Shown in pieces: positions 20,326-27,510 of a stretch of DNA of 63,690 bases. Source of the DNA: Chloroflexota bacterium (GTDB lineage Bacteria > Chloroflexota > Anaerolineae > UBA4142); NCBI GenBank assembly GCA_016865935.1, contig VGOB01000001.1, positions 1-63,690 on the forward strand, written 5' to 3'. Within the stretch, counting starts at the first letter, position 1; every line of letters starts with the position of its first letter. Under the pieces are notes generated by a model. It did no database searches and was not told where the DNA came from. It saw only the letters and a list, made by a program, of their open reading frames with translations. Both the position numbers and the translations under genes were made by a program.

Positions 20326-20363
20326 AGACCTGGAAGATTTCCAAAACCTTCCAGGTCTTTTTT
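20326..20363 (+). terminator. terminator hairpin between the convergent Uma2 and rqcH genes (family I, copy I3)
   Basis: AGACCTGGAAG-ATTTCCAAAA-CCTTCCAGGTCT followed by TTTTT. Confidence 0.6.
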
Positions 20364-22020
20364 ATTTCAGCGCCACGCTCACCGTTCGTTCCCCGCGCAC
20401 CGTCACCATTCCGGCGCGTCCGCCGCGCGCGCGTTGCACCTGCTTGCGCGGCGCGACGATCACATCTACACGCGTCTCGCCGCGCGCGGCGGAGTAGCGC
20501 GCCGCCAACCCCGCCGCTTCCTCGATCGTGGATTCCGAAATCGCGCGTCCGGCGCGGACGATGACGACGTGCGCGCCCGCGACATTCCGCGCGTGCAACC
20601 ACACATCATCCGATTTCGCGCGCCGAAACGTGACCTCCTCATTTTGCCGCGCGTTCTTGCCAACCAGGATCGCAAATCCTTCGCGCGAGGTGAATTCGCG
20701 CGGCACGCTGGGCGCGGTTTTCACGCGTTGCTTGGCGACGGCGATCAATCCGGCGTCGCGCGCGGCGGCGATCACCGCGTCGATTTCCGCGCGACTCTCC
20801 GCCAGCTCGAGATCGGTCAACGTCTGCTCCGCGTATTCCACTTCGACGTTCGCGGCGGCGAGCAACGCCGGTACGCGCGCCCGCGCGTCTTTTTGCCGGT
20901 GATACTCTTTGAAAAATTTCTGCGCGTTCTCCACAGCGGACAAGTTCGGATTCAACGCAATCTCTAATCCCGAATCTCCGATCTCGATTTTCAAAATTCC
21001 TTGCCCTCGCGCGATCGCGTGCGCGTGCGCCAAGATCGTCTCGCCGCTGGCGCGCAACCGCTCCACCTCTGCCGCGCTGGGCAACGCGTCCGCGAGCGCG
21101 TCGCGTTTGCGCGCCAGCCGATCGCGCGCGTCCGCGATTTGCGCGCGCAGCGGTTCTTTCACCGCCGCGTACGATTCCGGCGCGCCGTAGAATGATTCGA
21201 TGGCGGCGCTGATAGATGGGAAAATTTGGTGATGCGGTGAGTGGGTGATGGGGTACGGCGCGAACGCCGCGGGCTCGTCGTCTTCGAACGCGACGCACGG
21301 TTGCCAGGGCGCGCGCGTCAGCGCGTGGAACGTCGCGACGATGTCCACCGCGCGCCGCGGATCGTTGGGCGCGTCACACTCGCCGGTGACGCGGAACGCG
21401 ATTTCGCGCGCGAGCAGCGGACTGACTCCGGCAATCGAACCGACGAGCGTGTGGCGCAGCAGCGCGCGCGGATTCGCGGCGAGAATGCGCGCCAGATCGG
21501 ACGGATCGAGATTGCCGGGATGAATTTTCGCTTGCGGCGGCGGCGGCGCGTAGACGTGGCGCGGCAACACAACGCGCGCGCGATTGATCGTCGCGTCCAC
21601 GCGCTTGAGCGCGTCGAGCACGACGCCGTCCGCGTCGAGCAAAACGAGGTTCGCGTACTTGCCAATCGTTTCGACGACGAGCGTGGTGATCCCTTCGCGC
21701 GCGTGATCGAATCGGAGTTGGAGGACGCGTTCGTGCTGCAGCGGCGTGATCGCGTCCAGCAACGCGTTCTCGACGCGCTTGCGGAGCAAGAGCAACAACG
21801 GCGACGGCGGCAGTCCGCGCGCGCGCAATTTCTGCGCAACGAGATGGACGCGCGCGTCTTGAGGATGCGCGGTGAGGTAGAGATAGCGCCGCGTGTGCTG
21901 CGCGTAAATTTCCACGCCGAACGCGTGCGCGTCGAGTTGCGCAATATCTTGGACGCGCCCGCGCAAGATTTTTTCGTTCAGTTCAGCCGCAACGGCGGCA
22001 AGTGTGATCGCGTCAAACAT
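20362..22020 (-). CDS. rqcH: NFACT/RqcH-family ribosome quality-control protein (FbpA-like)
   Basis: 552-aa ORF. NFACT-N start MFDAITLAAVAAELNEKILRGRVQDI, a coiled-coil middle, and C-terminal NFACT-R (DVWLHARNVAGAHVVI). Confidence 0.85.
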   Translation of the reverse strand: MFDAITLAAVAAELNEKILRGRVQDIAQLDAHAFGVEIYAQHTRRYLYLTAHPQDARVHLVAQKLRARGLPPSPLLLLLRKRVENALLDAITPLQHERVLQLRFDHAREGITTLVVETIGKYANLVLLDADGVVLDALKRVDATINRARVVLPRHVYAPPPPQAKIHPGNLDPSDLARILAANPRALLRHTLVGSIAGVSPLLAREIAFRVTGECDAPNDPRRAVDIVATFHALTRAPWQPCVAFEDDEPAAFAPYPITHSPHHQIFPSISAAIESFYGAPESYAAVKEPLRAQIADARDRLARKRDALADALPSAAEVERLRASGETILAHAHAIARGQGILKIEIGDSGLEIALNPNLSAVENAQKFFKEYHRQKDARARVPALLAAANVEVEYAEQTLTDLELAESRAEIDAVIAAARDAGLIAVAKQRVKTAPSVPREFTSREGFAILVGKNARQNEEVTFRRAKSDDVWLHARNVAGAHVVIVRAGRAISESTIEEAAGLAARYSAARGETRVDVIVAPRKQVQRARGGRAGMVTVRGERTVSVALK

Positions 22021-22039
22021 TTAGGTTGAGCTTCAAGGA

Positions 22040-22181
22040 GTCCCGCCCCAAGCGTCGCCGGTTCGTCGCTAGTCGCCTGGTCGGTTAGTCGCATCGTCGC
22101 GGCGGGTTGCGCGCGACGAGTTGACCACGTGACCGAGTGACTAGGTGACGATCGGTTACCACAGGGGGCGGGACGGTTTTT
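22040..22181. repeat. about 140-bp imperfect hairpin element closed by GTCCCGCCCC/GGGGCGGGAC
   Basis: 10-bp closing arms at 22040..22049 and 22165..22174. The interior has TAGTCGC/GTGACTA-type half-repeats. GGTTTTT follows on the plus strand. Confidence 0.4.
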
Positions 22182-22315
22182 ATTCGACTGGGCGACCTCG
22201 CGCGCGCCGCAGTCAGGACAGGGTCTGGACTTTCCCCCAGGGCGCCGCGGCTGCCATCCAGCGTAGCAGATGGACAGCATTTCTGGCGGTCCTTACGCCA
22301 CCTGCTGGGATAGTA

Positions 22316-22400
22316 CTCGACGCCACCACCACCCGCACACCGTTGTCGTTGTTGTCGTTGTTGCGGTTGTTGTTGTTGCGAGCGCGCACACCGGCGGTTT
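22316..22400 (-). repeat. DGR template repeat (TR), non-coding and AAC-rich
   Basis: The 85 bp align without gaps to 22703..22787 (offset 387). There are 73 identities and 12 mismatches, and every mismatch is at a coding-strand adenine of this copy. In the target frame it reads AGVRARNNNNRNNDNNDNGVRVVVAS. Confidence 0.8.
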
Positions 22401-22461
22401 AGACGACCCTGCCCTACAACACAGATTGACTTGCGCCAACCCGAATTGCCAAATTGATCTT

Positions 22462-22585
22462 GTCATTGCGAGGAGCGGTTTGTGCACCGAAGCAATCCCC
22501 AACTGCGATTTGGACGCTTCGCGGCTTCGGCATCCTTCGACTCCGCAGCAAAAACGCTGCTCCGCTCAGGATGCCTCGCAATGAC
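22462..22585. mobile_element. MITE-like element, GTCATTGCGAGGAGC family (copy H2), lying between VR and TR
   Basis: Termini are GTCATTGCGAGGAGCGG ... GCCTCGCAATGAC, followed by ACACGC as in copy H1. Confidence 0.55.
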
Positions 22586-22604
22586 ACACGCGAAAAATTT
22601 TTCG

Positions 22605-22631
22605 ACGAGGGGGCGCAATGCGCCCCCTCGT
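22605..22631 (-). terminator. GC-rich 12-bp stem, 3-nt loop hairpin downstream of the NACHT-FGE gene and VR
   Basis: ACGAGGGGGCGC-AAT-GCGCCCCCTCGT. On the minus strand it is followed by CGAAAAATTTTTCG. It lies 72 nt beyond the VR end. Confidence 0.45.
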
Positions 22632-22683
22632 GCTCCCCCAGCGCGTCAGAAAAAACAGAAAACAGAAGATCAGAAAACAGAAA

Positions 22684-25600
22684 TCAACTGCGGGGGAAAA
22701 TCCTCGACGCCACCACCACCCGCACACCGTCGGCGCTGTCGTCGTAGTAGCGGTCGGAGTAGCTGCGAGCGCGCACACCGGCGGATTCTGCTTTAGTCCA
22801 GTACGCGCCGCCGCGAAGGTACGCGGCATCAATGTTCTCGTAAAGAGTACTCGTCCACTCCCACGCATTCCCCGCCAAGTCCCAAATCTCGCCGCCATCC
22901 TCAGTGATGCGTTTTCCATCGGGATACATCGCGACCGGCGTCGTGCCGCCAATTTCGCTTTCTTTCACATTCGCGCGCGCCAATGTCATTGCGAGGAGCG
23001 ACCCTGAGCGGAGCGAAGCGGAGTCGAAGGGTTGCGACGAAGCAATCCCCGAATCGGGAGTTGGAGATTGCTTCGCTCCGCTCGCAATGACAGATGGATC
23101 CCAGGGATAGCGATTGTTTTCCTCACCGCCCGCCGCGCGCACCCACTCGGCTTCGGTGGGCAAACGAACAAAGGATGAAGGATGAAGGATGAAAGATGAA
23201 TTCTCTCCCCCTCTCCCGCTCTCCCCGTCTCCCCCTCTCAATCTCTCCGTCAGCCACGCGCAATACGCGCTCGCTTCGTACCACGTCACGCCGATCACCG
23301 GATAGCCGGCGCGATGGAAACGCGGATTGTCCCAGTACCTCGGTCGGCGTTCCGCGCCGCCCGCGCGTTTCAGCCAGTCCCACGCTTCGTCTTTCAAGTT
23401 TTTCGCGCGTCCGTTTTCATCCACGCCGGATGGGTCGCGCCAGTATTTTTCGTCGGCGTAGCCGCCCGCGTCAATGAATTTTTGGTACTGCGAACAAGTG
23501 ACCGGATATCTGGCGATCCAGAATTCGGGCAGGTCAGAAACCAGGTTTCTCCGAGAAACCTGGTTTCTCTCTGCGGCAGGGATGTGAACGAACGCGTCCA
23601 GATCGTCCGGCAGCCAGCCCAGCGCGTCGAGGATTTCGCCCGCGGCGGCGCGGTCTTTAATCGGCGTTTGGATGGACTGCATCATCGTTCGCAGTTTGGT
23701 CACAATCTCGTCGCGCAGCGGCGCGGCAAGCCGGTCGCTCATATCCACCGCCGCTTTGCCCGCCATCAAAAGATGTCCGCGTTGGAGCATTTCGTCCATC
23801 AACAACTTGCGGCGCGGGTCGCCCAGTTCCTTCAACGCCAGCGCGAGCAAAATCGTCTCTTCCCACCACGCCTCGCCGATGTGCGCCAACACTTTTTGCG
23901 CGAGCGCGGCATCGAGTTCTTTGACGAGTTCGGTCGCGGCGAGGTACTCGCGAAAGTTCGAGTGCGAAAAGTTGTAGAGATTCGGCGCGCCTTCGACGAA
24001 CAAGCCGCTGCGTTGGTGCGCGATGACGAGAAAACCGCGCGCCCACTGGTCCGGCACATTCTTTTCGCCCTCGCGCTCGCGGAAAAAAGTTCCCAGTTGC
24101 GCCAGCGCATCTTGTTCCGTCGTCTCGGCGCGTCCTTGCTGCTGCATCCAGTACGCCAGATGCGCGAGCGCGCGGTGTTTCGCTTCGACGGCTTCGCCGA
24201 CGTCGCGAAACGCGCGCCCGGTGCCGTCGTCGGTCGCCAGTTGAAACGCTTCCGCCACGTCGTAGCGCGACGTGTCCCAAAAGCCGAGCAAGAGGTCAAC
24301 GATTTCTTTGAAAATATCGACGCGGCGTTCCGGCAGCGTCGCGCCGCGATATTTCGAGACGAGGACGATCGTCGTGCAAAAAAGCGGATTGCGCGAGAGT
24401 TCGTCCACCTTTTCCTTTTGCGGAATTTCTGCGAGCAAGGTCGCCGCGTCGTGACTGGCGCGCGCGGCGTCCCGTTCGAGCGCGCGGCACAATTTGCGAA
24501 TCAATTCCGCGCGTCCTTCCGGCAGCAAGGGCTGGACCGTGCAAACGATGGGGCGCGGCAGGTACTCCGCCACTTCGTCGTATCCTTTGGGACGTGACGA
24601 AAGGACAAAACGATTTTTACGGGGGCGATAGCGATCGATGAATTGTGTGACGTGCTGCGCGACACACGCGCGCAGTTCCGGATCGGACACTTCGTCGAGC
24701 GCGTCGAGCAGGACGAGGCACTTGCCATTCTCCAGACGTTGGCGAAAGAAATCCGGCGTGAGCGCGAGCGCGTTCTTGGTGAAATGATCTTGAATGTACG
24801 TCAACAACGACATCGGCGCGGGCGCGGGAAATTCTTTGCGATGATTCTTGAGAAACTCGCCAAAGTTGCGGAGCGGGACGAGGATCGGCAAAAGCGGATC
24901 GCCTTGCCAATCCAATTTTTCTTTCGCGTCGCCGTTCGCAAACGCGAGCGCAAGATGGCGCAAGAGTGTCGTCTTGCCGGAACCCGGCGCGCCTTTGAGC
25001 AAGACGTAATCGTACCGCGGCAAAATGTCGTTGATCGTTTGCGGCTTGAAACCTTCCAGGTCTCCAAGACCTGGAAGGTTTTTGTCAACGCGCCGCCGCG
25101 CTTTTTCTTCCGCTTCGGGATCGTGGACTTGAAGCGGGACAAAGACGGCTTCCAGTTCGGCTTCGGTCGTCGCTTCGCGACTGCGCGGGCGCACAAAGAG
25201 GAACGAAAGGTAGGTGTGTTTTTCGCGGACGTGCGCGAGGTAATCGTTCAACGCCTGCGCGTGATCGCCCGTCGTCGCAATGCCTTGCGCGGCGGCAAGC
25301 GCGGCAAGCCAGGTGTTCGTCGCGTCCTGCTTTTTTGCCGCGCGCAATTCGAGCGCGAATTTCATCAGCGGCTCGTACGCCTTGATCTGCGCGAAACGCA
25401 AGCGAAATTCCCAGAGGAACGCGGCGAGCGTGGGACGCGCTTGCTCGTTCAAACCAAAGGCGCGCAAGAGATCGTCCGAAATGCGCGTGGGGCTGGGATC
25501 GTCCAGCGTGAGGAGCGCGGCAAGCGTCTGCTTTTGCAAGTTCCTGTCGGTCGCCAGTTTGGCAACGCGCGTGAGGATAGCGTCGGCTTGCGCGTTGGTC

Positions 25601-25815
25601 ACGCCCGGCGATTTGCGGAACGCGTCTTCGGTCGCCTCCAGCGCGCGCCGCAAATCGTTCTCGTGTTGCTTGGCTTGATAGCCGCGCAAAAAATTCGCGG
25701 CGAATTGTTCGGCAAGAGTCCTGGTCGCTGTTTTGGCGCCTTCTTCAGCCATCACTCTGCCAACGACTAGCGCTGCTGATGCAAGCGCCGACGCTGCAGG
25801 AATCCAATCTAACAT
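22684..25815 (-). CDS. STAND NTPase: N-terminal helical region, NACHT domain, helical repeats, C-terminal FGE-sulfatase/C-type-lectin domain (DGR target)
   Basis: 1043 aa from the ATG at 25815 (GGAGG SD). The ORF track start at 25902 runs through a hairpin repeat. Walker A LLKGAPGSGKTTLLRHLA. FGE motifs YPVIGVTWYEASAYCAWL, RLPTEAEW, GNAWEWTS and LRGGAYW. The last 28 codons are the VR. Confidence 0.85.
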   Translation of the reverse strand: MLDWIPAASALASAALVVGRVMAEEGAKTATRTLAEQFAANFLRGYQAKQHENDLRRALEATEDAFRKSPGVTNAQADAILTRVAKLATDRNLQKQTLAALLTLDDPSPTRISDDLLRAFGLNEQARPTLAAFLWEFRLRFAQIKAYEPLMKFALELRAAKKQDATNTWLAALAAAQGIATTGDHAQALNDYLAHVREKHTYLSFLFVRPRSREATTEAELEAVFVPLQVHDPEAEEKARRRVDKNLPGLGDLEGFKPQTINDILPRYDYVLLKGAPGSGKTTLLRHLALAFANGDAKEKLDWQGDPLLPILVPLRNFGEFLKNHRKEFPAPAPMSLLTYIQDHFTKNALALTPDFFRQRLENGKCLVLLDALDEVSDPELRACVAQHVTQFIDRYRPRKNRFVLSSRPKGYDEVAEYLPRPIVCTVQPLLPEGRAELIRKLCRALERDAARASHDAATLLAEIPQKEKVDELSRNPLFCTTIVLVSKYRGATLPERRVDIFKEIVDLLLGFWDTSRYDVAEAFQLATDDGTGRAFRDVGEAVEAKHRALAHLAYWMQQQGRAETTEQDALAQLGTFFREREGEKNVPDQWARGFLVIAHQRSGLFVEGAPNLYNFSHSNFREYLAATELVKELDAALAQKVLAHIGEAWWEETILLALALKELGDPRRKLLMDEMLQRGHLLMAGKAAVDMSDRLAAPLRDEIVTKLRTMMQSIQTPIKDRAAAGEILDALGWLPDDLDAFVHIPAAERNQVSRRNLVSDLPEFWIARYPVTCSQYQKFIDAGGYADEKYWRDPSGVDENGRAKNLKDEAWDWLKRAGGAERRPRYWDNPRFHRAGYPVIGVTWYEASAYCAWLTERLRGGDGESGRGGENSSFILHPSSFVRLPTEAEWVRAAGGEENNRYPWDPSVIASGAKQSPTPDSGIASSQPFDSASLRSGSLLAMTLARANVKESEIGGTTPVAMYPDGKRITEDGGEIWDLAGNAWEWTSTLYENIDAAYLRGGAYWTKAESAGVRARSYSDRYYDDSADGVRVVVASRIFPRS
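22703..22787 (-). repeat. DGR variable repeat (VR) at the 3' end of the NACHT-FGE gene
   Basis: Matches the TR except at 12 TR-adenine positions. It encodes SAGVRARSYSDRYYDDSADGVRVVVAS. The 28-bp GC-rich 3' block (22703..22730) is identical to the TR and is IMH-like. Confidence 0.8.
22985..23091. mobile_element. MITE-like element (copy H3) inserted in frame in the FGE domain
   Basis: GTCATTGCGAGGAGCGACC ... CGCTCGCAATGAC. It translates as ...IASGAKQSPTPDSGIASSQPFDSASLRSGSLLAMT... between the FGE motifs YPWDP and GGTTPVAMYPDG. Confidence 0.6.
23171..23249. repeat. GGATGAA-heptamer tract plus GGGAGAG-type tract inside the FGE domain (copies C1 and D1)
   Basis: AAGGATGAAGGATGAAGGATGAAAGATGAA then CTCTCCCCCTCTCCCGCTCTCCCCGTCTCCCCCTCTC. 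They translate as GGDGESGRGGENSSFILHPSSF between AWLTERL and RLPTEAEW. Confidence 0.6.
25049..25083. repeat. family I hairpin (copy I4) in frame inside the NACHT protein
   Basis: AAACCTTCCAGGTC-TCCAA-GACCTGGAAGGTTT. It encodes ...NLPGLGDLEGFKP... just upstream of the Walker A region. Confidence 0.6.
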
Positions 25816-25828
25816 CGCGCCTCCAAAG

Positions 25829-25861
25829 AGACCTTCCAGGTTTCCAAAACCTGGAAGGTCT
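25829..25861. repeat. family I hairpin (copy I5) between the Phd-like gene and the NACHT gene start
   Basis: AGACCTTCCAGGT-TTCCAAA-ACCTGGAAGGTCT. Confidence 0.55.
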
Positions 25862-25868
25862 GTGAGTT

Positions 25869-26111
25869 TCACGACAACGCGTCGGTATCTTTCGCTTTCC
25901 AACTCCCCGCCGCCGCGAGAAATGCATTACGGTCGGCTGTTCTATTCTTGCGATGATGTGGTAGGCGCGCGCGGAATGGCGTAAGTAGAACTAACACCTT
26001 GCCGCGCCTTTCCAATGCGACCGGTCTGCGCTCGCGCGTGACGCGTTTCAAGACGCGGGTTGGATTTTCAACCAGTTCGTCCACCGGAATCCGCGCAATG
26101 GCTCGATTCAT
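25869..26111 (-). CDS. small Phd/YefM-like antitoxin-fold protein
   Basis: 80-aa ORF with GGAGGAG SD. The N-terminus MNRAIARIPVDELVENPTRVLKRVTRERRPVALERRGKVLVLL resembles Phd/YefM antitoxins. No cognate toxin ORF is seen. Confidence 0.5.
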   Translation of the reverse strand: MNRAIARIPVDELVENPTRVLKRVTRERRPVALERRGKVLVLLTPFRARLPHHRKNRTADRNAFLAAAGSWKAKDTDALS

Positions 26112-26166
26112 CTTATTTTCTCCTCCGCCACATTATACCATGTTTCGCGTTTCACGCATCACGCCT

Positions 26167-26201
26167 TTGGCTCATTGGCTCATTGGTCAATTGGCTCATT
26201 G
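26167..26201. repeat. direct GGCTCATT octamer tract (copy F2, half element)
   Basis: TTGGCTCATTGGCTCATTGGTCAATTGGCTCATTG overlaps the stop codon of the permease gene. Confidence 0.5.
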
Positions 26202-27293
26202 TTTCTCATACGGCTGTCCGTCCGCCGCCGGAGGAATCGCGCGTCCGACGAAACCGGTGAGTACGAGAATCGTCAAGACGTACGGCAGCATCTGCGGAAT
26301 CTGCGACGGGATGTCGGGGCGAAAGATGCTGATCGTCGTCGTGATCGTGTTGCCCAAGCCGAAGATGAGCGCGCCGGCGAGCGCGCCAAACGGCGACCAA
26401 TTGCCAAAGATCATCGCCGCCAAACCGATAAAGCCCAAGCCGTTCGTCATCTGCGGGTTGAACACGTCCACCGCTTCCAGCGTGAACCACGCGCCCGCAA
26501 AACCGGCGAGCGCGCCGCCGAGCAAGACGTTGATGTACCGCACGCGAAAGACGTTGATGCCGAGCGTGTCCGCCGCGCGCGGATTCTCGCCGACCGCGCG
26601 CGTCCGCAAGCCCCAGGGCGTGAAAAACAAAACATAGTGAATCAACAGCGTGACGATCATCATAAAATAGACGATCGGTTTCTGTCCCTGGAACACAATC
26701 GGACCCAGGATCGGAATTTGCGCGAGTAGCGGAATATCGAACGGCGCGAACGTGCCGGGACCCGGCGGAATATCTTGCGCGAGATATTGGCGGTAGAAAT
26801 AGCCGGTGATGCCGAGCGCGAGAATGTTGATCACCGTGCCGCTGATGATTTGATCCGCTTTGAAACGGATCGAGACGACGCCGTGCAGCAGCGCCATCAA
26901 ACCGCTCGCAGCGATCGCGAGCAAGAGCGAAAGCCAGCGGCTCGCATCGCCCGCCAGCGCCGGATCCATCCCGCCGGCTTTTAGCCAGGTAAACGCGTAG
27001 ACGTTCACGCCATAGCCCACCATCGCCGCCGTCAGCATCATCCCTTCGATGCCGATATTGATGACGGCGGCGCGCTCGCACATCAAGCCGCAGTACGCCG
27101 CCAGCGCGACCGGCGCGGCGTATCGGATCGCCTGGTTCAGCGTGCCGATCACGCATTTGGAATCGCACTTGCCGCCGATGATCGCATCGAACACCAAGAA
27201 CACGGCAACCGCGCCAATGCCAATGAAAACGGCGTTGAGTATCTGACGCGAACTGATTTTGATTGCACGTTGCTTGTTTGCAAGTACCGCCAT
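26196..27293 (-). CDS. ABC transporter permease (BMP/nucleoside type, YufQ/NupC-like)
   Basis: 365-aa polytopic ORF, the last gene of the BMP-ABC operon. Confidence 0.88.
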   Translation of the reverse strand: MAVLANKQRAIKISSRQILNAVFIGIGAVAVFLVFDAIIGGKCDSKCVIGTLNQAIRYAAPVALAAYCGLMCERAAVINIGIEGMMLTAAMVGYGVNVYAFTWLKAGGMDPALAGDASRWLSLLLAIAASGLMALLHGVVSIRFKADQIISGTVINILALGITGYFYRQYLAQDIPPGPGTFAPFDIPLLAQIPILGPIVFQGQKPIVYFMMIVTLLIHYVLFFTPWGLRTRAVGENPRAADTLGINVFRVRYINVLLGGALAGFAGAWFTLEAVDVFNPQMTNGLGFIGLAAMIFGNWSPFGALAGALIFGLGNTITTTISIFRPDIPSQIPQMLPYVLTILVLTGFVGRAIPPAADGQPYEKQ

Positions 27294-27299
27294 ATTTTC

Positions 27300-27500
27300 C
27301 TCAGAGAGTTTTGAAATTCGACGGCGGTTAAAACCGCATCTACAAATTCACGAAATCCGCCTTCGCGGATTCAATTTCAGCCCGCGCAGGCGGGCTTGGC
27401 GATGTTGTTGCCGCGATTTCAATCGCCCGTGCCAATTTCAAAACACGTCCTCAATCTGAAATCTGAAATCGAAAACTTGTCCTGAGCAAAGTCGAAGGAT
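27300..27500. repeat. 217-bp intercistronic block of short stem-loops plus AATCTGA heptamers between the two permease genes
   Basis: GCGGTTAAAACCGC, AATCCGCCTTCGCGGATT, AGCCCGCGCAGGCGGGCT, GGCGAT...ATCGCC, then AATCTGAAATCTGAAATCGAAAAC. Confidence 0.5.
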
Positions 27501-27510
27501 CGAAAATACG

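Noticed and set aside
22316-22400. First reading of this segment as a decayed pseudogene copy of the FGE-domain 3' end with a GTT/AAC microsatellite.
   Set aside because: Decay would scatter substitutions over all bases. Here both flanks (28 and 21 bp) are identical, and all 12 differences fall on adenines of this copy. That pattern fits a DGR template repeat instead.
22145-22952. Small ORFs 22145..22402, 22270..22584, 22293..22502, 22454..22747, 22482..22796 and 22566..22952 in the VR-TR region; checked as possible Avd or RT remnants.
   Set aside because: They read through the TR (poly-Val/Thr/Asn artefacts), MITE H2 and heptamer tracts. None shows four-helix Avd-like or RT (YxDD) motifs.
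25816-25902. The N-terminal 29 codons of the NACHT ORF as given in the track (MESERYRRVVVKLTDLPGFGNLEGLFGGA).
   Set aside because: This stretch is the translation of hairpin I5. The ATG at 25815 has a GGAGG SD and begins the hydrophobic native N-terminus.
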